Shown here piece after piece: positions 1 through 10,190 of a stretch of 36,989 nt of DNA. How positions within the stretch are numbered: the first letter of the stretch is position 1; each line of letters starts with the position of its first letter. The notes beneath the pieces are model-generated. The model had not been told where the DNA came from. It made no database searches and saw only the letters and a list, made by a program, of their open reading frames with translations. The position numbers were made by a program, and so were the translations under genes. The stretch is taken from NCBI RefSeq assembly GCF_001194135.2, contig NC_068984.1, positions 93,698,206 through 93,735,194 on the forward strand. The letters run 5' to 3'. Source of the DNA: Octopus bimaculoides (lineage: Eukaryota).

Positions 1-167
1 ATCATCATCATCATCATCATTTAATGTCCGCTTTCCATGCTGGCATGGGTTGGACAATTTGACTAAGGACTGGTGAACCGGATAGCTGCACCAGGCTCCA
101 ATCTTATCTGGCAGAGTTTCTACAGCTAGATGCCCTTCCTAACACCAACCACTCCAAGAGTGTAGAG

Positions 168-470
168 GGTGCCTTTACGTGCCACCGGCACAAGGGCCAG
201 TCAGGCAGTACTGGCAACGGCCATGCTCAAAATGGTGTTTTTTACGTGCCACCTGCATAGGAGCCAGTCCAGCGGCACTAGCAACGACCTCGCTCGAATG
301 TTTTCTAACGTGCCACCGGCACAAGTACCAGTAAGGTGACGCTGGTAACGATCATGCTCAAATGGTGCTCTTTACGTGCCACTGGCATGGAAGCCAGACA
401 GGTGCTCTGGCAATGATCACGCTTGGATGGTGCTGTTAGTGCTCCACTGGCACAGGTGCCAGTCATCGAA
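168..470. repeat. About five ~65-bp tandem units in the RTE 3' UTR
   Basis: Core ggtgc-tttacgtgccacc/t-ggca recurs at about 168, 234, 298, 364 and 429. Confidence 0.8.
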
Positions 471-1211
471 TATAGTTCAATTACGATTTTGATTTCACTT
501 GCCCCAACAGGTCTTCGCAAGCTGAGTTTAGTGTCCAATGAAGTAAGGATACGAATAAGTGAGCTAGCTACACATCTGGCAGAGGCCATGGATTATGGTT
601 TCACTTGGCTTGCCGGGTCTTCTCACGAACTGCCTATTTCCAAAGGTCCTGGTCACTAGTCATTGCCTCGGTGAGGCATAATGTTCGAAGGTCATGCTTC
701 ACCACCTCATCCCACGTTCCCTCAACCACTAGGGTGAGGCAGTTTTTCACACAGCTATCCTCATCCATTCTTGCCACATGACCATACCAGTGCAATCGCC
801 TCACTTGCATACCACAACTGATGCTTCTTAGGTTCAACTTTTCTCTCAAGGTACTTACACTCTGTCGAGTATGCACACTGACATTACACATCCATCGGAG
901 CATACTGGCTTCGTTTCTTGCGAGCTTACGCATGTCCTCAGCAGTCACGGCCCATGTAGCATGGCGGTTTGTACACATGCTTCATACAGTCTGTCTTTTA
1001 CTCTGAGTGAGAGGCCCTTTGTCACCAGCAGAGGTAAGAGATCTCTGAACTTTGCCCAGGCTATTCTTATTCTAGCAGCTACACTTTCAGCGCACCCTCC
1101 CCCGCTACTAACTTGGACGCCTAGATAGCGGAAGTTATCAACTACTTCTAGTTTTTCTCCATGGAATGTGGAAAAGGTTTTCTGCACATTTTCAGTGTTT
1201 ATTGCTCCTGA

Positions 1212-1343
1212 GCATCTGCCACATACAAAAACTATCTTGCTAGTTAGCCTTCCTTTAATATTGCTGCACCTCTTATGTGTCCATAGATTACACTGGGTAC
1301 ATCTTATGGAGTTTCTACCTACGCCTTTTCTACAGATCGAGCA
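1212..1343 (-). other. PHD-type zinc finger (C4HC3) inside the RTE RT region
   Basis: CSIC-x10-CTQC-x4-HKRC-x14-CGRC lies between GLRVNLAKTK and EVVDNFRYLG in ORF 945..1454. Confidence 0.85.
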
Positions 1344-2287
1344 GGGCCATCTACCTGAAGGAGTTTGTGGTTTGTCTACCTTCCTACTTATTAGGACTTT
1401 GGTTTTAGCTAGGTTGACTCTAAGGCCCTTTGATTCTAGTCCTTGCTTCCACACCTGAAACTTTTCCTCTAGTTTTTATAGTGACTCCGCAATTAGGGCA
1501 AGGTCATCAGCATAGAGGAGCTCCCAGGGGCATCCTGTCTTGAATTCTTGTGTTATTGCCTGGAGGACTATGATAAATAGGAGGGGGCTGAGGACAGAAC
1601 CTTGGTGGACCCCTACCTCTACCCGGAATTCTTCACTGTACTTGTTGCCAACTCTCACTTTACTGACAACATCCCTGTTCATGGCTTGCACAGCTCTCAC
1701 TAACCATTCATCAATCCCTAGTTTCCTCGTTGACCACCAGATAAGGGAGTGGGGGACCCTGTCAAAGGCTTTCTCCATGTCAACGAAAGCCAGGTACAGA
1801 GGTTTATCTTTGGTTAGGTATTTCTTCTGCAGCTGGCTTAACAGAAATATAGCATCAGTGGTGCTTTTCCCTGGCCAAACCCAAACAGCATCTCATCTAA
1901 ACTGACTTGTTCCCTAATTAGTTGGGCTAAGACCTTCTCCGTGACTTTCATTACCTGATCCAACATCTTGATACCTCCGTAATTATTTGTATTTAAAGCA
2001 TCACCTTTACCTTTGTAGCAGTTGACTATGTTGATGCTACACCGGTCACTGGGTATGACTCCTTCATGTATCACCTGGTTAACTATATGGGTGACTAGGC
2101 TATAGCCGACACTGCCAGATATTTTGATCATCTCTGCAGTGATTCCTGATGAGCCGGGGGGCTTTCCCTGTTTTCATACTCTTAATTGCTTTATCTACCA
2201 TGGTACTGTCAACTCGGATAGCTGGTCCCTCTGTTGGGTCGATATTCGACAAACTCTCTTTCTCCCATTCATTCTCTTTATTAAGGC

Positions 2288-2742
2288 ATAGGTTGGACAG
2301 TTTCACTGAGGACTGAGGCTCCAATCTGATCAAGCAAAGTTCTACAGCTGGATGCCCTTCCTTACGCCAACCACTCCAAGAGTGTAGTGGATGCTTTTTA
2401 CGTGCTACCGGCATGGGAGCCAGTCAGGTGGCACTGGCATCGACAAGGCTCGTATAGTGCTTTTTATGTGCCACCGCAATGACCATCAGATAAGAGATCT
2501 GGGGACACTGTCAAAGGCTTTCTCCATGTCAACAAAAGCCAAGTACAGGGGTTTATCTTTGGCTAGATATCTGTCCTGCAGCTGTCTTACCAGAAATATA
2601 GCATCAGTGGCGCTTCTCCCTGGCAAAAATCCAAAACTACATCTCATCTAAACTAACTCTCCTCCTAATTAGTTGGGCTATGACCCTCTCCATGACTTTC
2701 ATCACCTGATCTAACAATTTGATACCTCTGTAATTATTTCGC
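2288..2742 (-). mobile_element. Internally deleted RTE copy (3' UTR joined directly to RT N-terminal part)
   Basis: 2288-2478 matches the 3' UTR at about 45-260. From about 2480 it matches the RT segment at about 1730-1985. Confidence 0.8.
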
Positions 2743-2744
2743 TC

Positions 2745-2843
2745 AAATCTGATGTCGATGTTACTTATTTGGGTTTGAAATAAAGTACTTGATCATTTAA
2801 TAATCCTAGCTTAATCCCAGGCAGCGCCGGGCTATACTGCTAG
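2745..2843 (+). mobile_element. Helitron 3' terminus
   Basis: GC-rich hairpin cccaggcagcgccggg (2816-2831), 8 nt spacer, CTAG (2840-2843), followed by T. Confidence 0.7.
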
Positions 2844-2920
2844 TATATATATATATAATGGAAAAATTATACAAAATGTATAAATAGATGATGAGTAAAG
2901 TATATATATATATTGATATA

Positions 2921-3290
2921 CTAGACTACCTGTGACTTGTTGGATCACTGAGAAACACTGAGTTTGCCAGCAACAAAGTTTTGTTTCATGGGTTTTTTTT
3001 ATTTCGCATGCTTTCAACAAATGTGACATCGAAATCACGTGTAAACAGCTCCTTTCCTAAGAAAAGGAAAGATTTGGCTGCTATTTGTTGCATGTCCCGC
3101 TACCACATAACAGGTATTTCAGGTCTTTTACCGCAAATAGCTGTTACATGGTAGCAAATCTTTGGAGGTGAGATACATTGAATGCACTTGAAAAAAACCT
3201 ATGGAAGTTACAAACAGGTCTTTTACGAAATATTTACCATATCTTTAAAGTCATTTTTACTTAAGAAGATTTTTCAAATATGCCAAAAAA
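2921..3290 (-). mobile_element. Non-autonomous Helitron-like element, same family as 15853-17340
   Basis: Reverse complement matches 16425-16455 (hairpin plus CTAG) and about 16740-17100. Confidence 0.7.
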
Positions 3291-3299
3291 ATTTTTAAT

Positions 3300-3643
3300 G
3301 TAAATGTGCATACCCGTCAGAGTGTAAGTATCTTGAGAGAAAAGCTGAACATAAGAAGCGTCAGTAGTGGTGTGCAAGAGAGACGATTGCGCTGGTTTGG
3401 ACATGTGGTGAGAATGAATGAGGATAGCTGCGTGAAAAAGGGCCACTCCCTAACAGTTGAGGGAACCCGTGGAAGAGGTAGGCCCAGGAAGACCTGGGCT
3501 GAGCTGGTGAGGCAAGACCTTCGAACATTGGGCCTCACCGAGGCGATGACTACTGACCAAGACCTTTGGAAATGTGCTGTGCGTGAGAAGACCCGGCAAG
3601 CCAAGTGAGATCGTTGCCAGTGCCCCTGGACTGGCTCTTGTGC
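3300..3643 (+). mobile_element. RTE LINE 3' fragment running into an assembly gap
   Basis: ORF 3306..3608 (RRLRWFGHVVRM...GRGRPRKTW...EKTRQAK*) is homologous to 601-880. Confidence 0.9.
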
Positions 3644-4139
3644 NNNNNNNNNNNNNNNNNNNNNNNNNNNNNNNNNNNNNNNNNNNNNNNNNNNNNNNNN
3701 NNNNNNNNNNNNNNNNNNNNNNNNNNNNNNNNNNNNNNNNNNNNNNNNNNNNNNNNNNNNNNNNNNNNNNNNNNNNNNNNNNNNNNNNNNNNNNNNNNNN
3801 NNNNNNNNNNNNNNNNNNNNNNNNNNNNNNNNNNNNNNNNNNNNNNNNNNNNNNNNNNNNNNNNNNNNNNNNNNNNNNNNNNNNNNNNNNNNNNNNNNNN
3901 NNNNNNNNNNNNNNNNNNNNNNNNNNNNNNNNNNNNNNNNNNNNNNNNNNNNNNNNNNNNNNNNNNNNNNNNNNNNNNNNNNNNNNNNNNNNNNNNNNNN
4001 NNNNNNNNNNNNNNNNNNNNNNNNNNNNNNNNNNNNNNNNNNNNNNNNNNNNNNNNNNNNNNNNNNNNNNNNNNNNNNNNNNNNNNNNNNNNNNNNNNNN
4101 NNNNNNNNNNNNNNNNNNNNNNNNNNNNNNNTAACAAAC

Positions 4140-4333
4140 GTGAAAATAGAAACATTTACTGTAAAAAAAAAAAATCGTATTTTTCGTTGTCAACTCACCA
4201 TCTAATAGAAAGATAGAAGTTCAGGAGAAGATTATTTTAAGAATGTTTTCCCATTATGCACCGTTTTGGGTATTTATACCCTGAAAATCTCTAATATCTC
4301 GAAAACCACTTCACTGATTTACATGAAACTTGT
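4140..4333 (-). mobile_element. Fragment of the same Helitron-like family
   Basis: Reverse complement matches about 16570-16780 (aagtttc..gagatatt..aaatacccaaaac..gtgcataatgggaaaa). Confidence 0.65.
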
Positions 4334-4418
4334 ATGTGTATACATATGTATACTTATATATGTATAAGTGTATTGCTACATATAATAATATATGTAGTAA
4401 TATATATACATATATGTA

Positions 4419-4449
<31 letters not shown>

Positions 4450-4630
4450 TTATTTATGTGCAAATCTGAATGTATTTGCATATGTGTGTGTGTGGTTTTA
4501 CGTAGATCAAGATACATGTGTATCTTGATCTACGTACGAATCTATGCACATATTTACGTATGTTATGTTTGTATATTTATGTATATATACACATGTATAC
4601 CTGCGTATATGGGTTCATATATATAAATAT
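4334..4630. repeat. Degenerate (TA)/(TG) microsatellite
   Basis: Directly visible low-complexity tract. Confidence 0.9.
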
Positions 4631-5006
4631 ATAATTTCAATACGGAGTAAATAATTCACAAAAAAATAATTTGCGAAGATACCATTGACTTTGTTATTAT
4701 CTAGTGTAACAATTTAAAAATGATAATAATAGAATCAATAATATAGGCGACTGCAGGTCCCAAAAAGGCATTAAACATCTGAAGGATTAAAATTAATCAA
4801 AGGACATACTAAGTATGTCTACCTGCTGGAAATAACAGTCAAAACTCTTATTTAAATAGCCAAAATACACTAATAATAACTCCAGAAATCAACTGTCCAA
4901 AGGCAAACAGGCTAAGACAATCTTTCAGCATACATTCAAGTGTTTGGACTCATATGGACTGGTTTCTGGACTGGTATAATAGCCTAACCTTTCTCAGCAT
5001 GTGTTA

Positions 5007-5152
5007 CCAACCCGTCGTGTCAAAGTCTGCGCAGCAACTAATTTGTTTTGTGCCAAAATCATGGCAGCCACCAGTGTGAAAATAATTTCAATATGGAGCA
5101 GATAATTCACCAAAAAAATAGTTGCAGCGTAGACTTTGACACAACTGGTTGG
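5007..5152. mobile_element. MITE candidate (~146 bp)
   Basis: 38-bp terminal inverted repeats with 5 mismatches (5007-5044 and about 5115-5152). No clear TSD. Confidence 0.5.
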
Positions 5153-5931
5153 GGCTCTCTGTCATGAGTCTGCCGCTTCCACAGGTTTCCTCCACAGTTA
5201 GAGAATGGCACTTCTTTATGCAGCTGTCCTTGTCCATATGCATCACATGGCTATACTATCACAATTTTCTCTCTTGCACAAAACATCTGATGCGTCTTAA
5301 ATCCAATTTTTCTTTTAAAGCACTCACACTGTCATATGTACACACTGACATTACACATCCAGCAATGCATACTAGCTTCATTTCTTTCAAGCCTTCACAT
5401 GTCCACTGTGGTCACAGTTCATGTTTCACTGTCATGCAGCATGGCTGTTTGCACACAAGCATAATACAATCTACTTTTTCTTACCATCAAAGGTAGACGC
5501 TCTCTGATCTTCGCCCAGCCCATTCTTATACAAGCAGCTACACTCTCAGAGCATCCTCCTCCATGGTTAATTTAGTCGCCTAGGTAACAGAAGCTATCAA
5601 CTACTTCTAGATATCCCCTGGAGCTTTTGACGAAGTCTATTCTTTGTACATTCCTAATGTTTATTGTACCTGCACATGTCACATTCAAAGACTACCTTCT
5701 CTGTTAGCCTTCCTCTGATATTGCTGCATTTATGCGATCATACCTTGCACTGGGTACATCTTATGAAGTTTTTATCTACACCTTTTGTACATATCGAGCA
5801 GGGCCATCTCCCTGAAGGGATTTGCGACTTGCCTGTCTTTCAACTTACTAAGACTTTGGTCTTTGCTAAATTAACTCAAAGGCCCTTTGATTCTAGATCC
5901 CGCTTCCACACCTGAAATTTTTTCTCTACTT
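5153..5931 (-). mobile_element. Older RTE copy, C-terminal half
   Basis: Decayed homology to 680-1460, including the PHD finger at about 5675-5803 and EKKFQVWK. Confidence 0.8.
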
Positions 5932-6756
5932 TTCCAGGGCAGTGAAATGAGGGCTGGCCTGCAGAGGACATGCAAAAGCTTGAAAGAAATGAAGCCAATA
6001 TGCTTTGCTGGATGTGCAATGTCAGTGTGCATGTAAGCCAGAGTGTAAGCATCTTAAGAGAAAAACTGGGCATAAGAGGCATCAGATGTAGTGTTCAAGA
6101 GAGACGAATGTGCTAGTATGGCTATGTGATGCATATGGATGAGGACAGCTGTGTAAAGAAGTACTGAGCTCTGTGAAGGGGACCTGTGGAAGAGGTAGAT
6201 CCAGGAAGACATGGAACGAGGTGGTGCAGTGTGAATGGTGGGCCTCATGGAGGTGATGACAAGTGACCAAGATGTTTGGCAATATGCTGTGCTTGAAAAA
6301 ACTCATCAAAACGAATAAAACCATAGTCATGGCTGCTGCCAGTATCGTGTGAATGACACCTATGAAATCGTAATTGTGGCCATTGCCGGTAGCATGATCT
6401 TCGAATGTTGGGCCTCACAGAAGTGATGACAAGTGACCAAGACTGTTGGTGATATGCTGTGCTTAAAAAGACTTGTCAAGCCAAGTGAAATCACAGTCAT
6501 GGCCATTGCCAGTGTCATGTAAATAGCAATCGTGAAATCATAGTTATGGCTGCTACTGGTGTCGTGTAAATGGCACCCATGCTGATGGCACATAAAAAGC
6601 ACCCATTACACTCTCAGAGTTGTTGGTGTTAGGAAGGGCATCCAGCCGTAAAAACCATGCCAAATCAGACTGGAACTTGGTGCATCCTTCTGGCTTACCA
6701 GTTCCAGTCAAACTGTCTAACCAGCATGAAAAGTGTATGTTAAGTGATGATGATGA
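5932..6756 (+). mobile_element. 5'-truncated RTE nested in the older copy, with duplicated ORF end
   Basis: Starts at the GSETW-like motif. The ORF-end block occurs twice (about 6240-6340 and 6410-6520), then 3' UTR and a gatgatgat tail at about 6745-6756. Confidence 0.8.
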
Positions 6757-8540
6757 GTTCTGCTAGAAATTCAGCTATATGAACAAGGTCATCAACATAC
6801 AGGAGCACCCAAGGGCAGCCCATCTTAAATTCCTCTGTTATGGCCTGGAGAACTATGATGAACAAGAAAGGGCTGAGGATCAATCCCTAGTAAACTCCTA
6901 CACTGAATTCCTTGCTATACTCATTGTGAACTTTCATCACACTGACACCATCCCTATACAATGCTTGTGCAGCTCTCACCAGCCATTCATCTATCCCTAG
7001 CTTCTGCACTGATCACCAGATAAGGGAACAGGGGACTCTATCAAAGGCTTTCTCTTTGTCAACAAAAGCCAAGTACAGAGGTTTATTTTTGGCTAAGTAC
7101 TTCTGCAGCTGCCTTACCAGGGACATAGCATCAGTAGTGCTTCTCCCAGGCACAAAACAAAACTGCAACACATCTACACTAACTCTCTTCCTCATCAGTT
7201 GAGTTATGACCTTCTCTGTAACTTTCATTACCTCCATAATTATTTCTGTCTAAGGCATTACCTTTACCTTTGTAGCAGTTGACTATAATGTTGCTACACT
7301 CCCTCTTAGACAACCTGATTAACGATACAAATGACAAGGCCATATCTCAGCAGTGATTCCTGTTCAGCCAGGGGTTTTCTCTGTTTTCTTATCCTTCATA
7401 GATTTATCTACCAAGTTACTATCTATCCAGATATCTGGTCTCCCTGTTGAGTCTACATTAAGCAGGCTCTCCTTCTCCCATGTATTCTCTAAATTTAGCA
7501 GCCTTTTAGAGTGACTCTTCCAAGTCCTTTCTTTGCAGAGTTACTAACTGCAAGTGAACCATCATCCACACAAATGTATTTCTTTCCTACAACATCACAA
7601 TTTTCCAACACACTGACTTGCAAACCATAACACCTGAAGCCACAGAACACTGGCAAACTTCTTTTTCTCTGCTTCTCCGCCAGCTAAATATACCTGCCTC
7701 CTAGCTTCCCTTCTAGCTACCTTGCTACCACCACCCTTCCAGTTCTGTTTCTTTGCTCTAATGACCGTAGCAACTACACTGTTTCCCCACCATCTCACTC
7801 GAAGTTTGGTTGGGACTTTGCACCAGCCACAAATTCAGTCTGTGGCTATCAGTAAGTTGTCTCATAGAAACTTCCAGTTATCCTCTATGTTACAGGTCTT
7901 TAACTCCTGCTCCTCATTAAATGTTTCAGTTAGGACATCTCTAAATCTCTGACTATTCAAAGGATCCTTAAGTTTCCAGATCATTCTTTTCCAGACTTAT
8001 CTGCTGCTGTTTAATGACTAACCTATGCTGTGGGGTACATTCTTCACCAGGGAGTCACTGCCTTTTTGAGTAACCATGTACCTCACTTTCTAGTGACAAT
8101 GTAATCAATTTGCCTAGCTTGGCCACCAGATTGATTGGTTATCAGGTAACTAGCAAGCTTCCTGAAGTTGGTGTTGCAGGTCATTAGATTATTTGCATCA
8201 CAGAATTCCAGAAGCCTTGTTCCCTCCTCATTACAGGAACCAACTCCATGACCTCTATGCACACCACTGAAGATACCTGGTTGCTACCCAACATGTCCAT
8301 TGAAGTCACCACCCACAAAGAGAAGGTCATTGTTGTTTGTTTCAGAGGTAGTCAGCAAAAGAATATCATAAAAGCAATTCTTTTGTTCATTTGGCAGACC
8401 CATTTGAAGGGCAAAAGCAGAGATAATCGTTGTACTATTTTGCAAAACTAGTCTAAGCTTAAGTACTCTATTGCACACTCTGACTACCTCAATCACCTTA
8501 TCCACCTATTTCTCAGGTAGAAGTATGCCCACACTACCTA
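6757..8540 (-). mobile_element. Older RTE copy, endonuclease to YxDD part
   Basis: LLYVDDL at about 6790, KAFDRVP in ORF 7013..7237, APE motif GGDFNGHVG in ORF 8284..8505. Confidence 0.85.
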
Positions 8541-8594
8541 CCCAATCACTGCTGCCTTCTCAGAAGATTTTATACATATGTTCGCACATATATA

Positions 8595-8940
8595 TGATAC
8601 TTGTGGCAGTGAGACATGGGCCCTAAATGCAGACATCATACTAAGATTGGAGAGAAATGAAGCTTGTATGCTCCAGTGGCTATGCTACATCAGTGTGCAT
8701 GTACGACAAAGTGCAAATGTTTGAGAGAAAAGTTAGGCATAAGAGGAATCACATGTAGTATGCAAGAAAGAAAACTACAAAGGTTTGGTAATGTGATGTG
8801 TATGAATGAGGACAAAAATTCTGAATGTTTAAAGTAGAAGGAACCTGCAGAAGAGGGAAATCCAGCAAGACAGAGGACGATAGTCTCAAAATGTTGAACC
8901 TCATGGAGGAGATGACAATGGATCAATATATCAGGCAATA
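8595..8940 (+). mobile_element. Decayed RTE C-terminal fragment
   Basis: ggcagtgagacatggg (GSETW) ... gaaatgaagc ... gtgtgcatgta homologous to 5940-6300. Confidence 0.65.
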
Positions 8941-9331
8941 TGAGGTTCTTGAGAAGACATGTTCATCTCAGCAAAACTGAGTTCAGGAAGTGGTGTGCAT
9001 TGTGTGCTCTCCACCCACATGTTACATTAATTCACACACATCCCAATGTACCAAACTACATCATACACTACACTTGTCTGTTCCCCACTTGCTGCAACCC
9101 AAGGCTGCTTTGTCATCTCTCTCTCTCCTGTCCTCCCCCTGCCAACTGTACTAATGCTATCTGGCCACTCCCCTATATTCACGTGTTTGCCACTAACTGC
9201 ATTTCCTTTCTCCTCTTTCTTTCACATTCTCATGAACTCCCTACTTACTCACCCTGTCCAATCATCTGTACCACTCCACTTACACTCACTTCCTTGTACC
9301 TTGTGAGTATGCTCAGCAACATCTTCACCAT

Positions 9332-9335
<4 letters not shown>

Positions 9336-9370
<35 letters not shown>
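9336..9370. repeat. (CT)n microsatellite
   Basis: Directly visible. Confidence 0.95.
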
Positions 9371-9374
<4 letters not shown>

Positions 9375-9429
9375 ACACACTCTTCCCAACTGGGGTAGCT
9401 ATACAACTCCTCTACAACAAGATACTTGT

Positions 9430-9640
9430 TTCTGCCCCTCTATCATAGTTTACTTTTTTTCATTTCCTGGCACAAAGCCACCTCCCTCAATCAAGGGGTG
9501 TTTGTCTTTCAAATTACTTGGTGGTCCCCACTCAACAGTACTAGTGCCATGCAAAAAGCACTCAGTACTCTCTGTAAAGTGGTTGGTGTTATGAAGAGCA
9601 TCCAACTGTAGAAATCATGCCAAAGCTGATGGTACCAAGA
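9430..9640 (+). mobile_element. SINE-like repeat with RTE-type 3' segment
   Basis: aaaaagcac...ctctgtaaagtggttggtgttatgaagagcatcc matches the RTE 3' UTR at about 6590-6660, while the upstream part differs. Confidence 0.5.
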
Positions 9641-9848
9641 CATACAGTTTGTGTGATGAATCATTTTATATACTTATTCTCAATGTATAACATAGTCTTT
9701 GGTCATTTAATTGAGAGTGGCCTCTAGTTCATATCTAGCTCTTCAAACATACACAAACACTCGCACAATCCTCAGACAAAGTTAGTTGGCAAAACAAATA
9801 CTTACTTATTCCACGTCATCAGCATTTGTAACTTTCACGGACTTGAAA

Positions 9849-10190
9849 TCATGGCTATTATGCAAAAGTGGCCTATGTCCAAAACGTTGCTTTTTCACAA
9901 AACAAAAAAATAGTTTCACCATTCCATTTCTTTTTACATTAGCAACAGTTTCAGCTTAACAATAATACTTTGTTGGGTGCATAAAATCGTAACTCCATGC
10001 ATGTATGATATTTGCAGTAGGACTTAGTACACTTTGGGAAAATGTTAAACTGTTGTACTAAACTTTGACAATTTTCATCTGAAGCAGCTGGAGATACAAT
10101 AGTTTGACCAAAAGAACCAGCTATTGCAAGCAAAATTGAATATTGAAAAAATGCATTTGGACATACAACACTTTAACATAATAGCAATGA
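9849..10190. mobile_element. MITE candidate (~340 bp)
   Basis: Termini are inverted repeats: tcatggctattatgcaaaagtggcctatgtccaaa versus the reverse complement of about 10156-10190, with about 6 mismatches. Confidence 0.5.

Larger units (their letters stand above)
1..2287 (-). mobile_element. RTE-clade LINE, 5'-truncated and inactivated (RT, C-terminal region, 3' UTR, (GAT)n tail)
   Basis: Minus-strand ORF pieces carry non-LTR RT motifs KAFDRVPH, GVHQGSVLSPLLF, YADD, GLRVNLAKTK and FRYLG. ORF stop at 601-603, (ATC)n at 1-20, several stops and frameshifts. Confidence 0.93.

Noticed and set aside
1540-1905. Plus-strand ORFs antisense to RTE or Gypsy coding regions (also 32670..32939, 21347..21889)
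   Set aside because: Shadows of the coding strand with no independent motifs.
3450-4216. Long ORFs spanning poly-X (also 17686-18553, 31359-32860, 34488-34925)
   Set aside because: Artefacts of N gaps; only the flanking real sequence was interpreted.
8945-9330. Pyrimidine-rich stretch with ORFs 8940..9398 and 9046..9306
   Set aside because: Low complexity with no recognisable domain.
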